Shown: positions 7,054 to 9,167 of the stretch, in pieces
How the letters are laid out: every line of letters starts with the position of its first letter
How positions within the stretch are numbered: position 1 is the stretch's first letter
DNA from: Okeania sp.
Lineage (GTDB): Bacteria; Cyanobacteriota; Cyanobacteriia; Cyanobacteriales; Microcoleaceae
Assembly: GCF_035285525.1 (NCBI RefSeq)
Contig: NZ_JAYKGW010000080.1
Location: 1 to 9,167 of the forward strand
Length of the DNA stretch: 9,167 nucleotides
Direction: 5' to 3'
Position numbers and translations under genes: made by a program
Notes under the pieces: model-generated
Database searches by the model: none
What the model was told of the DNA's origin: nothing
What the model saw: the letters and a program-made list of their open reading frames with translations, nothing else

Positions 7054-7294
7054 TTGATGAGGTACATTCATGGGAGCAAGATGCACGGTTATTGAAAAAT
7101 CGCACTGATTAAGATTTAATGATTATAGCAGTTTTCATGTTTTATAGAGTACAGAGATTTGGGTTTAAAGGAAGAAGGAAAAATTTTTGTAGTCTACCTT
7201 TCTTTGTGAAAAACGCTATAATATCTTTAACTTCATATACTTGGAATATGCTGTATATCAAATTCGCTGACTTTTAAGAATAAGGTTCTACTAT

Positions 7295-7363
7295 CAGAAA
7301 AAAGCAAAAACGCCTAGTTTGTAGAGGGTACGGTTCCCGAAAAATTGGAGACCAAACCCCTAC
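7295..7363 (-). terminator. Candidate terminator for the COG0523 gene: imperfect hairpin of the GGGGTTTGG repeat family followed by a T tract
   Basis: Minus strand reads gtaggggtttggtctcc (7363-7347), a loop, then ggaaccgtaccctctac (to 7321), with imperfect pairing between the arms. This is followed by aaactaggcgtttttgcttttttctg (complement of 7295-7320). It lies about 100 nt downstream of the stop at 7464. Confidence 0.4.
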
Positions 7364-7440
7364 AGTCTACTTAAATTCTACCAATACTACTGGATTTGAT
7401 ATTATCAGTTATCAGCTTTTAAAGATTTCCTAATCCCTTA

Positions 7441-7468
7441 AATTATTAATTGTTAATTATTAATTATC
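7441..7468. repeat. 4 heptamers AATTATT / AATTGTT / AATTATT / AATTATC overlapping the COG0523 stop codon
   Basis: Heptamers at 7441, 7448, 7455, 7462. The TAA stop (7464-7466, minus strand) is at positions 3-5 of the fourth heptamer, the same phase as in dtd. Confidence 0.9.
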
Positions 7469-8522
7469 CATTAATAACACATTCTTCTAATTGCGATCGC
7501 AACTTCTCATGTTCTAAGTTTTGACCAATTAAAACTAACTGGTTTTTTGGCTTACCTTTCCACTGATCGTCATCAATAGTAAACCGCTTACCACTTAGAT
7601 GGAATATATGTCTTGAAGGGCTTTCTTTAAACCATAAAATACCTTTGGCTCGGAACACATTTGTAGGTAATTGATTATCTAAAAAATTCTGGAACTTCTT
7701 AATAGAAAAAGGCTGATCACTTTGAAAAGAAATAGAAGTAAACCCATCATTTTCTAAGTGGTCAGAATGATGGTGATGATGGTCATGGTCATGGTCATGA
7801 TGATGATGATGTTCATGTTCATGTTTATGGTCATGGTTATCAGATTCTATTTCATCAAAATACTTATCTGACTGGAACAAACCCACACTTAGAATTAACG
7901 GTAAAGCTACTTCCGATTGTTTAGTTCTAATAATTCTGGCATCTTTTTTAACATCTCTAATTTTCACTTCTAATAAATCTAAATCTGCTGCATCAACCAA
8001 GTCAGTTTTATTCAACAAAATAACATCACCATAGACAATTTGACTATATGCTGCTTGGCTATTAAATAAGTCGATACTATAGTTAGCAGCATCTACCAAA
8101 GTAATAATTGAATCTAGGCGAGTCATATCTCGTAACTCAGTTCCTAAAAAAGTTAAAGCTACTGGCAATGGGTCAGCTAAACCAGTAGTTTCTACTACCA
8201 TATAATCAATTTTTTCTGGTCTTTCTAAAACTTGATAAACTGCATTAACTAAATCTTCATTAATCGTACAGCAAACACAACCGTTACTAAGTTCTACCAT
8301 TGTCTCATCTGCATCAGTAGAAACAATTAATTCATTATCAATTCCAAGTTCTCCAAATTCATTGACTAAAACAGCAGTTTTTACACCCTGTTGATTTTGC
8401 AATATATGGTTAAGTAAAGTTGTTTTTCCACTGCCAAGAAAACCTGTAATTATTGTTACTGGTAAACCCTGTTTTGATACATCCATTTTTGAAGTTTCTA
8501 ATTGAGTAGTTGTTGATTCCAT
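7464..8522 (-). CDS. COG0523 / CobW-family G3E GTPase metallochaperone with a His-rich insert (ZigA/YeiR/Zng1-like)
   Basis: 352-aa ORF with P-loop GFLGSGKTT, the COG0523 metal motif CVCC (CxCC), ETTGLADP, NKTDL and a C-terminal CobW_C-like domain (FRAKGILWF...LVLIGQNL). The linker at residues 228-255 has 17 His in 28 residues. The start is uncertain between M1 (8522) and M13 (8486); neither has a clear Shine-Dalgarno. Confidence 0.93.
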   Translation of the reverse strand: MESTTTQLETSKMDVSKQGLPVTIITGFLGSGKTTLLNHILQNQQGVKTAVLVNEFGELGIDNELIVSTDADETMVELSNGCVCCTINEDLVNAVYQVLERPEKIDYMVVETTGLADPLPVALTFLGTELRDMTRLDSIITLVDAANYSIDLFNSQAAYSQIVYGDVILLNKTDLVDAADLDLLEVKIRDVKKDARIIRTKQSEVALPLILSVGLFQSDKYFDEIESDNHDHKHEHEHHHHHDHDHDHHHHHSDHLENDGFTSISFQSDQPFSIKKFQNFLDNQLPTNVFRAKGILWFKESPSRHIFHLSGKRFTIDDDQWKGKPKNQLVLIGQNLEHEKLRSQLEECVING

Positions 8523-8933
8523 AGTCTGGCTCGAAAATTACGTTTATTGTGATTTTTAATTGGGATTAAATAAGTAATCAGCATTCAGCAGTTAGTAGTA
8601 AACTTTTTTAAGAGAATTTAAACTCTTCATCAACCTTCTGGTTTATAGAAAATGGGGATTTAATTTAGAGCTACAAAAAGTTAATGACTGATTGCTAAAA
8701 GCTAATACTTAGTTAATAAAAACAAGAGTTGTATTGCCTCTAAATTAAAATTGAAGCTGTCCTAATAAAACATAGATAAGCAGAAATATTTACTTTCTAT
8801 TTAGGCTAGTACGATTATTATAGTAGGTTAAATACTTCTCAAATAAGAAAACTAACTTAAATCTATGTAGCAATTTTCAATAGGAATTACTGATTAAATT
8901 TAGAGATATTTCTGTTTTTCTAAGATACAATAC

Positions 8934-8952
8934 TGCGGGCAAGATGCCCGCA
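8934..8952. repeat. Short GC-rich hairpin (tgcgggca aga tgcccgca), typical small dispersed hairpin repeat
   Basis: Perfect 8-bp stem (8934-8941 with 8945-8952) and a 3-nt loop, in an otherwise AT-rich spacer. A partial copy, gcaagatgc, lies at 7076-7084. Confidence 0.7.
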
Positions 8953-9057
8953 CTACAATATTTTCAGCATTTACCTTGTACGTAATTTGCCCAAAATCTG
9001 CTTATCTGTGCGTCTTTCCCTCCCCGGATCTGCATCCCCTATAGCTTGCCTACCCCC

Positions 9058-9167
9058 TTATCCTCCTTATCCTCCTTATCCTCCTTATCCTCCTTATCCT
9101 CCTTATCCTCCTTATCCTCCTTATCCTCCTTATCCTCCTTATCCTCCTTATCCTCCTTATCCTCCTT
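9058..9167. repeat. Perfect 9-bp tandem repeat TTATCCTCC, 12.2 copies, running off the window edge
   Basis: Direct reading shows no substitutions in 110 nt. It is preceded by a pyrimidine-rich tract (9011-9057). The minus strand reads (GGAGGATAA)n. Confidence 0.97.

Noticed and set aside
6791-7057. 88-aa ORF on the + strand from the supplied ORF track
   Set aside because: It lies almost entirely antisense to the well-supported dtd CDS, and its 3' part is a translation of the STRR heptamer tract (SSALSVISYQLSAFSV). The composition is low-complexity S/F/L/I with no start context. This is a shadow ORF.
7119-7277. 52-codon ORF MIIAVFMFYRVQRFGFKGRRKNF... on the + strand between dtd and the COG0523 gene
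   Set aside because: There is no ribosome-binding site, the composition is the F/Y/K/R-rich kind expected from AT-rich non-coding DNA, and it overlaps the likely dtd promoter region on the other strand.
7329-7345. ggttcccgaaaa resembling a tRNA T-arm
   Set aside because: There is no GTTCGAATC-type T-loop, and no acceptor stem, anticodon arm or CCA context. It belongs to the dispersed hairpin repeat.
8555-8570. Palindrome tttaat tggg attaaa about 35 nt upstream of the COG0523 ATG as a Zur box
   Set aside because: It does not resemble the 7-1-7 Fur/Zur-type consensus (TGATAAT-N-ATTATCA). Six-bp AT-only arms are expected by chance in this composition. Left as unproven.

Overview
AT-rich chromosomal segment that looks like a filamentous (Nostocales-type) cyanobacterium. 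Support for that origin: three HIP1 octamers GCGATCGC (482-489, 1015-1022, 7493-7500), many STRR-type heptamer arrays, and long repeat-laden intergenic spacers. There are six confident, unrelated housekeeping CDSs: pyrF (-), tyrS (-), a class A penicillin-binding protein (+, GTG start), a small conserved cyanobacterial protein (-), dtd (-) and a His-rich COG0523/CobW-family metallochaperone GTPase (-). I see no tRNA, rRNA, CRISPR array, transposase or integrase, and no multi-gene accessory or defence system. I do not think the protein-coding content is novel. The unusual material is all non-coding or repeat-based. (1) A 156-bp tandem repeat (2.7 copies, each with a perfect 22-bp palindrome) fills the tyrS-pyrF spacer. 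(2) dtd and the COG0523 gene end in the same phase of a nearly identical 28-nt AATTATT heptamer block, and their 3' flanks share several 8-11-nt modules. (3) A 9-bp tandem array of at least 12 copies at the right edge has units that are core anti-Shine-Dalgarno (+) / Shine-Dalgarno (-) sequence. (4) A DUF167/YggU-like N-terminal gene fragment is bracketed by 60-bp direct repeats at the left edge. (5) A roughly 210-bp MITE-like element has 11-bp perfect terminal inverted repeats. All functional readings of these repeats are inference. Both window edges cut through repeats, so items 3 and 4 cannot be resolved from this window.
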